DNA from: an uncultured Oscillospiraceae bacterium
Lineage (GTDB): Bacteria; Bacillota; Clostridia; Christensenellales; CAG-138
Reading direction: 5' to 3'
Length of the DNA stretch: 48,315 nucleotides
NCBI GenBank assembly: GCA_964541695.1
Contig: CAZIRB010000007.1
Coordinates: 2,419-50,733 of the forward strand
Shown here: positions 38,140 through 47,368 of the stretch, in pieces
How the letters are laid out: each line of letters opens with the position of its first letter
Position numbering within the stretch: the stretch's first letter is position 1
Notes under the pieces: model-generated
Told to the model about the DNA's origin: nothing
Seen by the model: only the letters and a program-made list of their open reading frames with translations
The model's database searches: none
Position numbers and translations under genes: made by a program

Positions 38140-39482
38140 GAATACAGCCTCGCAAGTTCCGCGTCGCCGCGCGCGCGCAGCTCCGCCTCGTCCACGCGCG
38201 TCAAAACGCCGTCCTCCACAACCATCTCACCCGCGACGAACGCGCAGTCGGCCGGCCGCGCGTAGCCGACGGCGCCGAACAGATTCTTCGGATCGCCGTC
38301 GACGCACAGCAGCTCAAACCGGCGGCTGTCGACCATAAACAGGTCCGCCGCCATCCCCTCGGCGATCTGCCCGAGCTCGGGACGGCCGAGCAGCTTCGCG
38401 CCGCCGCGCGTGGCAAGCTTGAGAATATCGTAGCCAGACGGCGCGCGCCCGCCCCACGCGTGCCGGTGCAGCAGATAACCCGTGCGGATCTCGGCAAGCA
38501 GGTTGCTTGCGTCGTTCGACGCGCTGCCGTCGACAGCCAGGCCCACGGGCACGCCGAGAGAGAGCATGTCCGGCAGCCGCATCGCGCCGCTGGCTAGCTT
38601 CATGTTGGACGCCGGGCAATGCGAAACGCCCGTGCCGGTCTCGGCGAGCAGCTTCAGTTCATCGTCGTTAAAATGGATGCCGTGCGCGTAGAACACGTCC
38701 GCGCCGATCATGCCGACGCGCTCCATGTACGCAAGCGGCCGCAGGCCGAATTTCTCGAGCGTGAATTGTTCCTCGTCCAGCGTTTCGGCCAGATGCGTGT
38801 GCAGCCGCACGCCGTACGCGCGCGCCAGCCTCACGCTCTCGACAAGCAGGTCGGCCGTCACGGAAAACGGCGAGCATGGCGCGAGCACGACCTGCCGCAT
38901 CGAGAACGGGGCCGCGTCGTGGTAGGTTTCGATTGCATACCGGCTGCCCTCCAGAATCTCGTCCACGGTCTGCACGACCGAGTCCGGCGGCAAGCCGCCG
39001 TCCTTTTTGGACAGGCTCATGCTGCCGCGCGAGGCAACCATGCGCACGCCGAGCTGCCGCGCCGCCTCAAACTGCGCGGCAAGCAGGTCGCCCGCGCCCT
39101 CGGGGAACACGTAGTGGTGGTCGAAGCACGTCGTACAGCCGTATTTGAGCAGTTCCCCCATGCCCGCAAGCGAGCTGGCGAGCACCGTGTCCTCGTCAAG
39201 CTTGGCCCACAGCTCGTACAGCGCGGTGAGCCACGGGAACAGCGGCAGCCCCTGGACGCGCGCGAGGTTCCGTGTAAAATATTGATACAGATGGTGGTGC
39301 GTGTTGATAAGGCCCGGGTAAAGGAACATGCCGGTCCCGTCGAGCACGCGGTCCGCGGAGCCGTCAAAGCGCCCGAGCGCGGCAATTTTGCCGCCGTCGA
39401 GCAGCACGTCGCAGCCGCGCAGCACGCGGTCCTGATCATCGCAGGTCACGACGGCGCGGACGTTTTTGATGAGGGTTTTCAT
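38136..39482 (-). CDS. Amidohydrolase of the guanine / 8-oxoguanine deaminase - ATZ/TRZ group
   Basis: 448 aa from MKTLIKNVRAVV (GGGAGGAAAA SD). Metal ligand blocks GLINTHHHLYQ, HTHLAET, SHCPASNMKLASG, AVDGSASND. Confidence 0.85.
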   Translation of the reverse strand: MKTLIKNVRAVVTCDDQDRVLRGCDVLLDGGKIAALGRFDGSADRVLDGTGMFLYPGLINTHHHLYQYFTRNLARVQGLPLFPWLTALYELWAKLDEDTVLASSLAGMGELLKYGCTTCFDHHYVFPEGAGDLLAAQFEAARQLGVRMVASRGSMSLSKKDGGLPPDSVVQTVDEILEGSRYAIETYHDAAPFSMRQVVLAPCSPFSVTADLLVESVRLARAYGVRLHTHLAETLDEEQFTLEKFGLRPLAYMERVGMIGADVFYAHGIHFNDDELKLLAETGTGVSHCPASNMKLASGAMRLPDMLSLGVPVGLAVDGSASNDASNLLAEIRTGYLLHRHAWGGRAPSGYDILKLATRGGAKLLGRPELGQIAEGMAADLFMVDSRRFELLCVDGDPKNLFGAVGYARPADCAFVAGEMVVEDGVLTRVDEAELRARGDAELARLYS

Positions 39483-39513
39483 GCGTTTTCCTCCCGGGTC
39501 GAATGTCACGCCC

Positions 39514-39542
39514 ATTATACAAAATCGCGTCCGCATTGTACA
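39514..39542 (-). promoter_or_regulatory. Candidate promoter of the amidohydrolase-queT operon
   Basis: Minus strand TGTACA (plus 39537-39542), 17-nt spacer, TGT-ATAAT/TATAAT (plus 39514-19). Leader is only ~25 nt. Confidence 0.45.
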
Positions 39543-39565
39543 GCGCGCGCGGTTTCTGCTATAAT
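39536..39565 (+). promoter_or_regulatory. Candidate promoter of the ecfA1 operon
   Basis: TTGTAC (39536-39541), 18-nt spacer, TGC-TATAAT (39560-39565). Its -35 shares the palindrome TTGTACA with the divergent promoter. Confidence 0.45.
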
Positions 39566-39598
39566 ACTACATTAGCTTGTGAAAAAGGCGGCCAACAG

Positions 39599-40420
39599 AT
39601 GATCGAGATCCATAGCGTCAGCTTCGCGTACGAGAGCAGCGCCAAAAGGGCGCTGTCCGACGTCAGTCTCACGGTCGAAAAGGGCGAGATGCTCGCGGTC
39701 GTGGGCCACAACGGCTCCGGCAAGAGCACGCTGGCCAAGCTGATGAACGCGCTGCTGCTGCCCTTCTCCGGCGAGGTGCTCGTCGACGGCATGGACACGC
39801 GCGACGAGAAGCGCATTCTCGAGATCCGCCGCCGCGTCGGCATGGTGTTCCAGAACCCGGACAACCAGCTCGTCACCACGATGGTCGAGGAGGACGTGGG
39901 CTTCGGCCCCGAGAACCTCGGCGTGCCGCCCGCCGAGATCCGCGCGCGCGTCAAAGAGGCGCTCGCTGCCGTCGGCATGCTCGAGTACGCGGAGAACGCG
40001 AGCCACGCGCTCTCCGGCGGGCAAAAGCAGCGCGTCGCCATCGCGGGCATGCTCGCGATGCGGCCCGACGTGCTCGTGCTCGACGAGGCGACCGCCATGC
40101 TCGACCCGAAGGGCCGGCAGGAGGTGCTCGCGACCGTGTCGCGGCTCAACCGCGAGCAGGGCATGACCGTGGTCATGATCACGCAGTTTATGGAGGAGGC
40201 CGCGCATTGCAACCGCGTGGCCGTCATGAACAACGGGCGCATCGCCGCCGTCGGCGCGCCGCGCGAGATATTTAAAAACCGCGAGGCGCTGCTCAGTTGC
40301 CGCCTCGACGCGCCCGCGTACATCCAGCTGCGCGACGAGCTGACCGAGGCGGGGCTGCCGCTGACCGGAGACCCCATGACCGGCGAGGAGCTGGCGGAGG
40401 CGATATGCCGATTGTTCTAG
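39599..40420 (+). CDS. ecfA1: Energy-coupling factor transporter ATPase
   Basis: 273 aa. Walker A GHNGSGKST, signature LSGGQKQRVAIA, first gene of the ecfA-ecfA-ecfT triad. Confidence 0.93.
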   Translation: MIEIHSVSFAYESSAKRALSDVSLTVEKGEMLAVVGHNGSGKSTLAKLMNALLLPFSGEVLVDGMDTRDEKRILEIRRRVGMVFQNPDNQLVTTMVEEDVGFGPENLGVPPAEIRARVKEALAAVGMLEYAENASHALSGGQKQRVAIAGMLAMRPDVLVLDEATAMLDPKGRQEVLATVSRLNREQGMTVVMITQFMEEAAHCNRVAVMNNGRIAAVGAPREIFKNREALLSCRLDAPAYIQLRDELTEAGLPLTGDPMTGEELAEAICRLF

Positions 40421-41259
40421 AGAACGTTTCCTATACGTATATGAGCGGGAGCCCGCTCTCGTTCCCCGCGCTGCACGGCGTGAGCCTGACGATACAAGAG
40501 GGCGAGTTTCTCGGCGTGATCGGCCACACGGGCGCGGGCAAGAGCACGCTCATGCAGCACTTGAACGGCCTGCTCGTGCCGACTAGCGGGCGCGTGCTCG
40601 TCGACGGCTTCGACACGCGCGACAAGAAGCAGCGCGCGGAAGCCAGAAAGCGCGTGGGTATGGTGTTCCAGTACCCGGAATACCAGCTTTTTGAGGAGAC
40701 CGTCAAAAAGGATATCGCGTTCGGACCGAAGAACCTCGGCCTGACCGAGGCCGAGATCGCCGCGCGCGTGTCCGAGGCGATGCGGCTCGTCGGCCTCGAC
40801 GAAAAAGCGTTTGCCGAGCTGTCGCCGTTCGACCTCTCGGGCGGCGAGAAGCGCCGCGCGGCGCTGGCCGGCATCCTCGCGATGCGGCCGAAGTACCTCG
40901 TGCTCGACGAGCCGATGGCGGGCCTCGACCCGCGCGGGCGGCGCGACATCCTCGCCATGGTCGGGGCGATGCGGTCGCAGTCCGGCTGCACGATCGTGAT
41001 GGTCTCGCACTCGATGGACGACATCGCCGCAGCGGCGGACCGCGTGCTCGTGCTGCACGACGGCGCGACCGCCATGCTCGACGCGCCCGGCGCCGTGTTC
41101 GCGCGCGCGGACGAGCTTGCCGGCATGGGGCTCTCCATCCCGCAGTCGACGCGCCTTGCGTCGCTTTTGCGCAAACGAGGGCTCGCCGCGCCGGAGAACG
41201 TCTGCCGCATGGACGAGCTGCGCGACTTTATCGTCGGGAGGTACCAAAATGGCCATTAA
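40405..41259 (+). CDS. ecfA2: Energy-coupling factor transporter ATPase
   Basis: 284 aa. GHTGAGKST, LSGGEKRRAALA. 16-nt overlap with ecfA1. Confidence 0.93.
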   Translation: MPIVLENVSYTYMSGSPLSFPALHGVSLTIQEGEFLGVIGHTGAGKSTLMQHLNGLLVPTSGRVLVDGFDTRDKKQRAEARKRVGMVFQYPEYQLFEETVKKDIAFGPKNLGLTEAEIAARVSEAMRLVGLDEKAFAELSPFDLSGGEKRRAALAGILAMRPKYLVLDEPMAGLDPRGRRDILAMVGAMRSQSGCTIVMVSHSMDDIAAAADRVLVLHDGATAMLDAPGAVFARADELAGMGLSIPQSTRLASLLRKRGLAAPENVCRMDELRDFIVGRYQNGH

Positions 41260-42055
41260 CATCACGCTCGGCCAGTACGTCCCCGGCGTAAGCGCCGTGC
41301 ATCGGCTCGACCCGCGCACAAAGATATTGCTCATGATCGCGTACATCGTACTGATATTCCTGGTCCGGTCGCTTGCCGTGTTCCTCGTGCCGCTCGCGTT
41401 CCTGATCCTGACCGTGCTGCTCTCGCGCGTGCCGGTCTCGTACCTGTGGACGGCGGTCAAGCCGATGCGGCTTCTGATCGTGTTCATGTTCATCATCAAC
41501 CTGTTCTTTACGCCCGGGAGCACGCCGCTTTTCTCGTTCTGGAGGATCACGGTTTTCCGCGAGGGGCTAATGCAGGGCTTATTCATCACGGCAAGACTCC
41601 TGCTGCTCGTGGCCGGCACGTCGATCCTGACTTTGACCACGTCGCCGATTGCGCTGACCGACGGGCTTGAGAAGCTGCTCATGCCGCTCTCGAGGCTGCG
41701 CTTCCCCGCGCACGAGCTGGCCATGATGATGACGATCGCACTGCGCTTCATCCCCACGCTCATGGAGGAGACCGACCGCATCCGCAAGGCGCAGATGGCG
41801 CGCGGCGCGGACTTTGAGAGCGGCAATATCGTGCGGCGGGCCAAAAGCATGATCCCGATCCTCGTGCCGCTGTTCGTCTCGGCGTTCCGCCGCGCGGACG
41901 AGCTGGCCATGGCGATGGAGTCGCGCTGCTACCACGGCGGCGAGGGCCGGACCAGGATGCGAGAGCTGAAATTTACGCGCGGCGACCTTTTCGCCTTCCT
42001 CGTCACCGCGGCCGTCGTCGCGGCCGTCATCGCGCTCAACCGGATTCCCGCATGA
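41249..42055 (+). CDS. ecfT: Energy-coupling factor transporter transmembrane protein
   Basis: 268 aa with the LDPRTKIL start region and ARG..F coupling-helix motifs (KAQMARGADFE). 11-nt overlap with ecfA2. Confidence 0.9.
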   Translation: MAINITLGQYVPGVSAVHRLDPRTKILLMIAYIVLIFLVRSLAVFLVPLAFLILTVLLSRVPVSYLWTAVKPMRLLIVFMFIINLFFTPGSTPLFSFWRITVFREGLMQGLFITARLLLLVAGTSILTLTTSPIALTDGLEKLLMPLSRLRFPAHELAMMMTIALRFIPTLMEETDRIRKAQMARGADFESGNIVRRAKSMIPILVPLFVSAFRRADELAMAMESRCYHGGEGRTRMRELKFTRGDLFAFLVTAAVVAAVIALNRIPA

Positions 42056-42822
42056 GGCGCGTGCGCGTGATCGTCGAATACGAGGGCACAAACTACGTCG
42101 GCTGGCAGACGCAGCCGAACGGCGTTTCCGTGCAGGAGACGCTCGAGCGCGCGCTGAAGAAGGTCACGGGCGAACACACGGCGGTGCACGGCTCGGGCCG
42201 CACGGACAGCGGCGTGCACGCGCGCGCGCAGGTCGCGCACTTCGACACGACCGCGCGCATGCCGGCGGACAAGTTCGCCGTGGCGATGAACATGCTGCTG
42301 CCGGAGGACATCCGCGTGCTGTTTTCGGAGGAGGCGCCGGACGGCTTCCACGCGCGCTTCTCGGCCAGGGAGAAGCGCTACCGCTACACGGTCCAATGCG
42401 GCCCGCACGCGCGCGTGTTCTCGCGCAATACCGCGCTGCACGTCTACGCGCCGCTCGACTTGCCCGCCATGCGCCGCGCGGCGGCGGACTGTGCCGGCAC
42501 GCACGACTTTGCGGCGTTTATGTCCGCGGGAACAACGCTCGAGGACACCGTGCGCACGGTTTTTGCCTCCGACTGGAGCGGGGACGGCGAATTTTTACAC
42601 TACGACATCGCCGGAAACGGTTTTTTGTACAACATGGTGCGCATCCTCGCGGGCACCATGCTCGCGATCGGCAGGGGCCGGATGCCGGAGGACGCAGTCC
42701 GGCGCGCGATAAATAGCGGCGCCCGCGCCGACGCGGGGGCGACCGCGCCCGCGCACGGGCTGACGCTGATGCGCGTAAAATACGATGATTTTGACACGGA
42801 CGAGGTGCTGCATAGGCTATGA
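42052..42822 (+). CDS. truA: tRNA pseudouridine(38-40) synthase
   Basis: 256 aa. YEGTNYVGWQ, GSGRTDSGVHA catalytic Asp block. ATGA overlap with ecfT. Confidence 0.94.
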   Translation: MRRVRVIVEYEGTNYVGWQTQPNGVSVQETLERALKKVTGEHTAVHGSGRTDSGVHARAQVAHFDTTARMPADKFAVAMNMLLPEDIRVLFSEEAPDGFHARFSAREKRYRYTVQCGPHARVFSRNTALHVYAPLDLPAMRRAAADCAGTHDFAAFMSAGTTLEDTVRTVFASDWSGDGEFLHYDIAGNGFLYNMVRILAGTMLAIGRGRMPEDAVRRAINSGARADAGATAPAHGLTLMRVKYDDFDTDEVLHRL

Positions 42823-43283
42823 CCGCGGCCGAGGAACGGGAATTCTATATGCGCGAGGCGCTGGCCGAGGCCGATGCCGCGTTCGAAGCGGACGAGGTGC
42901 CCGTCGGCGCGGTGCTGGTGCGGAACGGCGGGATCGTCGCGCGCGCGCGCAACCGCTGCGTTGAGCTTTGCGATCCCACCGCGCACGCGGAGCTCCTTGC
43001 GCTCTCCGAGGGCGCGCGGAAGCTCTCCGGCCGATTGGACGGCTGCACGCTGTACGTCACGCTCGAGCCCTGCGCCATGTGCGCGGGCGCTGCGGTCAAC
43101 GCAAAGCTCCCTAGGCTCGTGTTCGGCGCGTTCGACGCGCGCGCGGGCTGCTGCGGCAGCGTGCTCGACCTGACCGACCGCTGTTTTCCGGCGAGCTGCG
43201 AGGTCTGGGGCGGCGTGCTCGAGGACGGCTGCGCCGCGCTGCTAACACGATTTTTTGAAGGAAAGCGGCGGCGGGATGCGTAA
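42819..43283 (+). CDS. tadA: tRNA adenosine(34) deaminase
   Basis: 154 aa. HAELLAL and PCAMCAGA zinc motifs. ATGA overlap with truA. Confidence 0.93.
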   Translation: MTAAEEREFYMREALAEADAAFEADEVPVGAVLVRNGGIVARARNRCVELCDPTAHAELLALSEGARKLSGRLDGCTLYVTLEPCAMCAGAAVNAKLPRLVFGAFDARAGCCGSVLDLTDRCFPASCEVWGGVLEDGCAALLTRFFEGKRRRDA

Positions 43284-43322
43284 AAAACGCGCCCGCGCGC
43301 TCCGCTCTGGAGGAATATTGGC

Positions 43323-44942
43323 ATGAACCGCCTGGCGAAATGGCTCATCGCGCTCCTGTGCACGGGGCTGTTCGTAGGCGCGTTCGCGCTTGCCGCGCAC
43401 TCGGAGTTTACGCCGCTGCCCGCCGTCGGCGCGCTGGACGAGGCGGAATACGCGGACCTTGTCGCCGCGCAGCGCGAGGTCGACGACCGCGCATGGGCGG
43501 GCGGGCTGTTGATCGGCGGCAAGAAAGCGCCGTTCGACAGCCTGACGAACGCCTACTACGTGCCGGAAACCATGGACTCCCCCGCGTTTTTGGCCGCGCT
43601 GACCTGGTCGGCGCGCGGCTTCACCGCGTATTTCTGCCCGGACGCGCTGCTTAATGATAAACTGACCGCGATCCGCGAGAGCCACGCGTTCCGCCTCGTC
43701 GTGAGCGACGGGCGGCGGTACCACTACGAGACCGTGGTGTTTACCGGCCTGCCCGCCATCACGCTCCGTACGGAATCCGAGCAGTCGTTCGCGCTCGGGG
43801 AGGGCGTGCCGACGGGCGAGCTCTGCTCGTTCGAGCCGGACGAAATGCGCTACAACATCGTCGCATCGCTCGCCACGTTCAGGGAGCGCGGCAACACGAC
43901 GGCGCAGTTTGAGAAAACGCCGCTGCGCGTGACGCTCTATCACCCGAACCGCTCGAAGAACTACGCGTCCCTCGCCGGGCTGCGCGCGGACGACGACTGG
44001 ATATTGAACTCCCTGTACACGGACCGCTCAAAGCTGCGCGACTACCTATGCGCGACGCTTTGGAACGCGGTCACGGAGACGAATCCCGCTTCCGACGTGC
44101 CGGGTACGCGCATGCGGTACGTCGAGGTGTTCATCGACGACGTGTACTTCGGCCTGTACGGGCTGATGGAGCCGATCGGCAAGAAATCGACGAATCTCGA
44201 CACGTCCCGCGACATCCTCTACCAGGCCAAGAGCTTTCTTTTGCTCAAGGAGGACTTTGCCAAAGCGCGCAACACGCTCGGCTTCTTCGCCGTCGAGATC
44301 CAGTACCCCAAGGTTTTTACGGGCCCGGAACTGTGGGACCCGATCACGCGGTACGTCGACAGCTTCACGTGGCATCCGGACAGCTATACGACCGAGCAGC
44401 TTTTGTCGCTCATCGACCTCGCCAACGCGGTCGACCACTCGCTGTTCTATCAGGCGACGGTCTGCACGGATAACTTCTTCCACAACAACTTCTACCTTGC
44501 GCGCGCGCAATCGGACGGCGGCTACCGCTTCATTAAGATTCCGTGGGACATGAACTATTCGTTCGGCGACAAGTGGAACGATCACCAGCGGAACCTGTTC
44601 ACGGAATTTGACGACACGCTCGTTGCGTCCGACGCCTCGATGCCGGACATCAAGCTCCTGCTCCAGCGCGATCCGGCCGGCATGAGCGCGCGGCTCTCGG
44701 CGCGCTGGCTCGAGTTAAGGAATACCGCGCTCTCCGACGAAGCGGTCTTTTCCCTGCTCGACGGGGCGGAACACCTTGTGACGGACAGCGGCGCGATGCT
44801 GCGCGACAACGCGCGCTGGCCGGACGCCGCGGGCAGCGATGAGACGCAGCGCGTACGGGCGTTTGCAAAAGCAAGGCTTGCTTACCTTGACGAATACTAC
44901 CGCGGTCTTGCCGGAGAAAAAGCGGCGGAGGCGTCCCCATGA
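43323..44942 (+). CDS. CotH kinase family protein, N-terminal membrane anchor (paralogue 1)
   Basis: 539 aa. Anchor MNRLAKWLIALLCTGLFVGAFALAA. Blocks LYTDRSKLRDYL, YVEVFIDDVYFGLYGLMEP, NNFYLARAQSDGGYRFIKIPWDMNYSFG. Confidence 0.8.
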   Translation: MNRLAKWLIALLCTGLFVGAFALAAHSEFTPLPAVGALDEAEYADLVAAQREVDDRAWAGGLLIGGKKAPFDSLTNAYYVPETMDSPAFLAALTWSARGFTAYFCPDALLNDKLTAIRESHAFRLVVSDGRRYHYETVVFTGLPAITLRTESEQSFALGEGVPTGELCSFEPDEMRYNIVASLATFRERGNTTAQFEKTPLRVTLYHPNRSKNYASLAGLRADDDWILNSLYTDRSKLRDYLCATLWNAVTETNPASDVPGTRMRYVEVFIDDVYFGLYGLMEPIGKKSTNLDTSRDILYQAKSFLLLKEDFAKARNTLGFFAVEIQYPKVFTGPELWDPITRYVDSFTWHPDSYTTEQLLSLIDLANAVDHSLFYQATVCTDNFFHNNFYLARAQSDGGYRFIKIPWDMNYSFGDKWNDHQRNLFTEFDDTLVASDASMPDIKLLLQRDPAGMSARLSARWLELRNTALSDEAVFSLLDGAEHLVTDSGAMLRDNARWPDAAGSDETQRVRAFAKARLAYLDEYYRGLAGEKAAEASP

Positions 44943-46537
44943 TGATGCGCCGCTGGAAGTTACTCACGCTGTTTTCTGCCGCGCTGCTGGTTGCCGGCGT
45001 GTTCCTGCTTGCGCTGCGCGACGAAACGGCAAATAACCCCGTTTTGATTGCGGACGAGGCGTACTGCAACGGCGTGTACGCCGCCGCGCGCAGGACGCAG
45101 CGGCTAGAGAGCTTCGGACACCTGCTGCAAAACGGCAGCGCCGTGCCGTACGCGGACGGGAAGTATTTTCTCACGTATGGCGGCGGCGCGGACGATCTCT
45201 GCGACGCGCTGAGCTGGTCGATGGACGGCGTGACCGCCCGCTTTATGCCGGACGAGGCGTTCGCGGACTTTGCGGAGGCGCTGCGAACCGCGCACGTGTT
45301 CCACCTGCTCGTCACCGACGGGAACGCGTACTTTACCGAGCGCGTCGCAATCACAAACCTCCCCGTGCTGTCGCTGACCACGGACTGGGAGCTGTCCTAC
45401 CGCACGGGCGGCTCCGACACCGCGGCGCAGCTTTTCCTCAGCGGCACGGCCGACGGGAATACCGCGCCGGTCGAGTCCGTCTCGTCGTTCCGCGTGCGCG
45501 GCGGCTCCTCGTCGCGCTATCCCAAGCACCCGTACCGCGTCACGCTGTACCGCGGCAAAAAGGAACGCAACCCGCTCCCGCTGCTCGGCATGCGTTCAAG
45601 CGACGAGTGGGTGCTGCTGCCGCTGTATACCGACCCGTCGCACGTGCGCGAGGGGGTGGCGCTGGAGCTTTGGAACGATATCGCCGCGACAAACGCGGCC
45701 GACGTGCCCGGGGCGCAGTTTCGCTATCTCGAGATGATCGTCGACGGCGTGTACTGTGGGGTGTACGGCCTCGTCACGCCGGTCGACGAGATCGGCTGCG
45801 GCATCGCGGGCGACCCGGACGCGCGGCTGTATAAGGTGATCGAGTACCTGCCCGACGAAATCACGGAGTCCTATCAAAGCAACCCCGCCGCGCTTGCCGA
45901 AATCGTGGAGCTTAAATACCCGGGAAATTCGGCGGACGAAGCGGATTTTACCCCGATCTGCGACTATATCGACGTGTTCATGACCGGCTTTAAAGCGGCG
46001 ACGGCCGAGCAGCGGCTCGACAGGATCAACCTCTCCAACGCGATCGACCACGCGCTGTTTATCAATTTTTGCGCGGCCGAGGACAACCGCTTTAAGAACG
46101 TGTACTTCCTCTCCCGCGTCGAGACGGACGGCTCGCGGCGCATGACGAAGATCCCGTGGGACCTCAACTACACGTTCGGCCACGGCCACGACGGCAAAAA
46201 GGCGCTGCGCACGACGTTCTTTCCGGAACTGATCACGAGCACGCAGTTTACGCCCGACGTCGCCGCTCTGCTCCGCCAAATGCCGGACAAACTGGGGCCG
46301 TTGCTCAACACGCGATGGTTGGAGCTGCGTAAGGACGTCCTTTCCGAGGAAGCGCTGCTGGAACGCTTTACTGCGGCGATGTCGACGCTGACAAGCGGCG
46401 GGGCCTTTGCCCGCGACGCGGCGCGCTGGCCGGACAGCGAGAGCGGCGCGGATCTTGCCGAGATCGCGCGGTTTGTGCGCGAGCGGCTGCTGTTCCTCGA
46501 CGCGTACTACGCGGACCTGGTCATACGGAAATCCTGA
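44939..46537 (+). CDS. CotH kinase family protein, N-terminal membrane anchor (paralogue 2)
   Basis: 532 aa, collinear with paralogue 1 (LYTDPSHVRE, YLEMIVDGVYCGVYGLVTP, NVYFLSRVETDGSRRMTKIPWDLNYTFG). ATGA overlap with paralogue 1 and GGAGG SD. Confidence 0.8.
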   Translation: MMMRRWKLLTLFSAALLVAGVFLLALRDETANNPVLIADEAYCNGVYAAARRTQRLESFGHLLQNGSAVPYADGKYFLTYGGGADDLCDALSWSMDGVTARFMPDEAFADFAEALRTAHVFHLLVTDGNAYFTERVAITNLPVLSLTTDWELSYRTGGSDTAAQLFLSGTADGNTAPVESVSSFRVRGGSSSRYPKHPYRVTLYRGKKERNPLPLLGMRSSDEWVLLPLYTDPSHVREGVALELWNDIAATNAADVPGAQFRYLEMIVDGVYCGVYGLVTPVDEIGCGIAGDPDARLYKVIEYLPDEITESYQSNPAALAEIVELKYPGNSADEADFTPICDYIDVFMTGFKAATAEQRLDRINLSNAIDHALFINFCAAEDNRFKNVYFLSRVETDGSRRMTKIPWDLNYTFGHGHDGKKALRTTFFPELITSTQFTPDVAALLRQMPDKLGPLLNTRWLELRKDVLSEEALLERFTAAMSTLTSGGAFARDAARWPDSESGADLAEIARFVRERLLFLDAYYADLVIRKS

Positions 46538-46666
46538 TAAAAAACGCATCCCTGGTCGCATTTGCCGTATCGACAAATCTTGCAATCCGATACGGGATGC
46601 TGTATACTCACCTATGAACATTTACATCCGGGTCCGCGGCCGTTCGCCGCGGCGGGAGGACGGCGT

Positions 46667-47344
46667 TTGGAGTATCGTCACGAGTTAAAATATCTGTGCG
46701 ACGACGCGCAGCTTCTGATTCTGCGCGCGCGGCTTGCCCATCTTCTGCGGCGCGACGAGCACCAGACGCGCGCGGAGGGGTATGTGATCCGCTCGCTGTA
46801 TTTCGACGACTTCGACGACGCGTATCTCGAGGCCAACTACCGCGGCTTCGACGACCGCGTCAAGTTCCGCATCCGCGCCTACGAGCGCACGGATAGCGTG
46901 ATCCGGCTCGAAACGAAGTTCAAGTTCCGCGGCATGACGCGCAAGGACTCCTGCGCTTTGACCCGCGGGCAGTACGACGAAATCGCCGCGGGCCGCGTTC
47001 CCCGCTTTTCCAAGGAAATGCCTCAGCCGCTGCGCTATCTGTACACCGAGATGTCGACGTCGCTATTAAAGCCCACGATCCTCGTCGAATACACGCGCAC
47101 GGCGTTCGTCGAGCCGGTCGGCAACGTGCGCGTCACGTTCGACCGCAACATCGCTTCGAGCACGAATGTGGACGCTCTGTTCGACGAAACGCTCCCGCTG
47201 GTGCCGCTTCTGCCGCCGCGCCAGCACATCCTCGAGGTCAAGTACGACGAGCTGATACCCGACTATCTGGTCCAGACGCTGGACCTTGGGAATCTAACGC
47301 AGATTACGTTTTCAAAATACGCCATGTGCCGCAGCCCGTTTTAG
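46667..47344 (+). CDS. VTC domain (polyphosphate polymerase-like, triphosphate tunnel fold) protein
   Basis: 225 aa if started at TTG 46667 (GGGAGGA 5 nt upstream), giving N-terminus (M)EYRHELKY, typical of bacterial VTC-domain proteins. Also RSLYFDD, KFRIRAY, LEVKYD strands. Confidence 0.75.
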   Translation: MEYRHELKYLCDDAQLLILRARLAHLLRRDEHQTRAEGYVIRSLYFDDFDDAYLEANYRGFDDRVKFRIRAYERTDSVIRLETKFKFRGMTRKDSCALTRGQYDEIAAGRVPRFSKEMPQPLRYLYTEMSTSLLKPTILVEYTRTAFVEPVGNVRVTFDRNIASSTNVDALFDETLPLVPLLPPRQHILEVKYDELIPDYLVQTLDLGNLTQITFSKYAMCRSPF

Positions 47345-47368
47345 GGCAGGACGAAGGAGAGAAGCGTT

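Noticed and set aside
36871-38155. ORFs of 232 and 390 aa spanning the repeat cluster (36871-37569, 36983-38155), with similar ones at 32320-32970, 32207-32746 and 11225-11881 that share peptide strings such as SLHPPQAAL and LWKPMELRRT.
   Set aside because: The shared peptides come from translating the nucleotide repeats (X/Y modules), whose conservation is palindromic and structural, with different frames and strands at different loci. There is no SD and the composition is Pro/Arg/Gly-rich. Only the 70-codon 3' part with its own strong SD is kept, as a low-confidence CDS.
39483-39513. Looked for a preQ1 riboswitch upstream of the amidohydrolase-queT operon and immediately upstream of queT.
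   Set aside because: The queT start overlaps the preceding stop, so there is no leader. The operon leader is ~25 nt and contains nothing resembling the preQ1-I/II cores.
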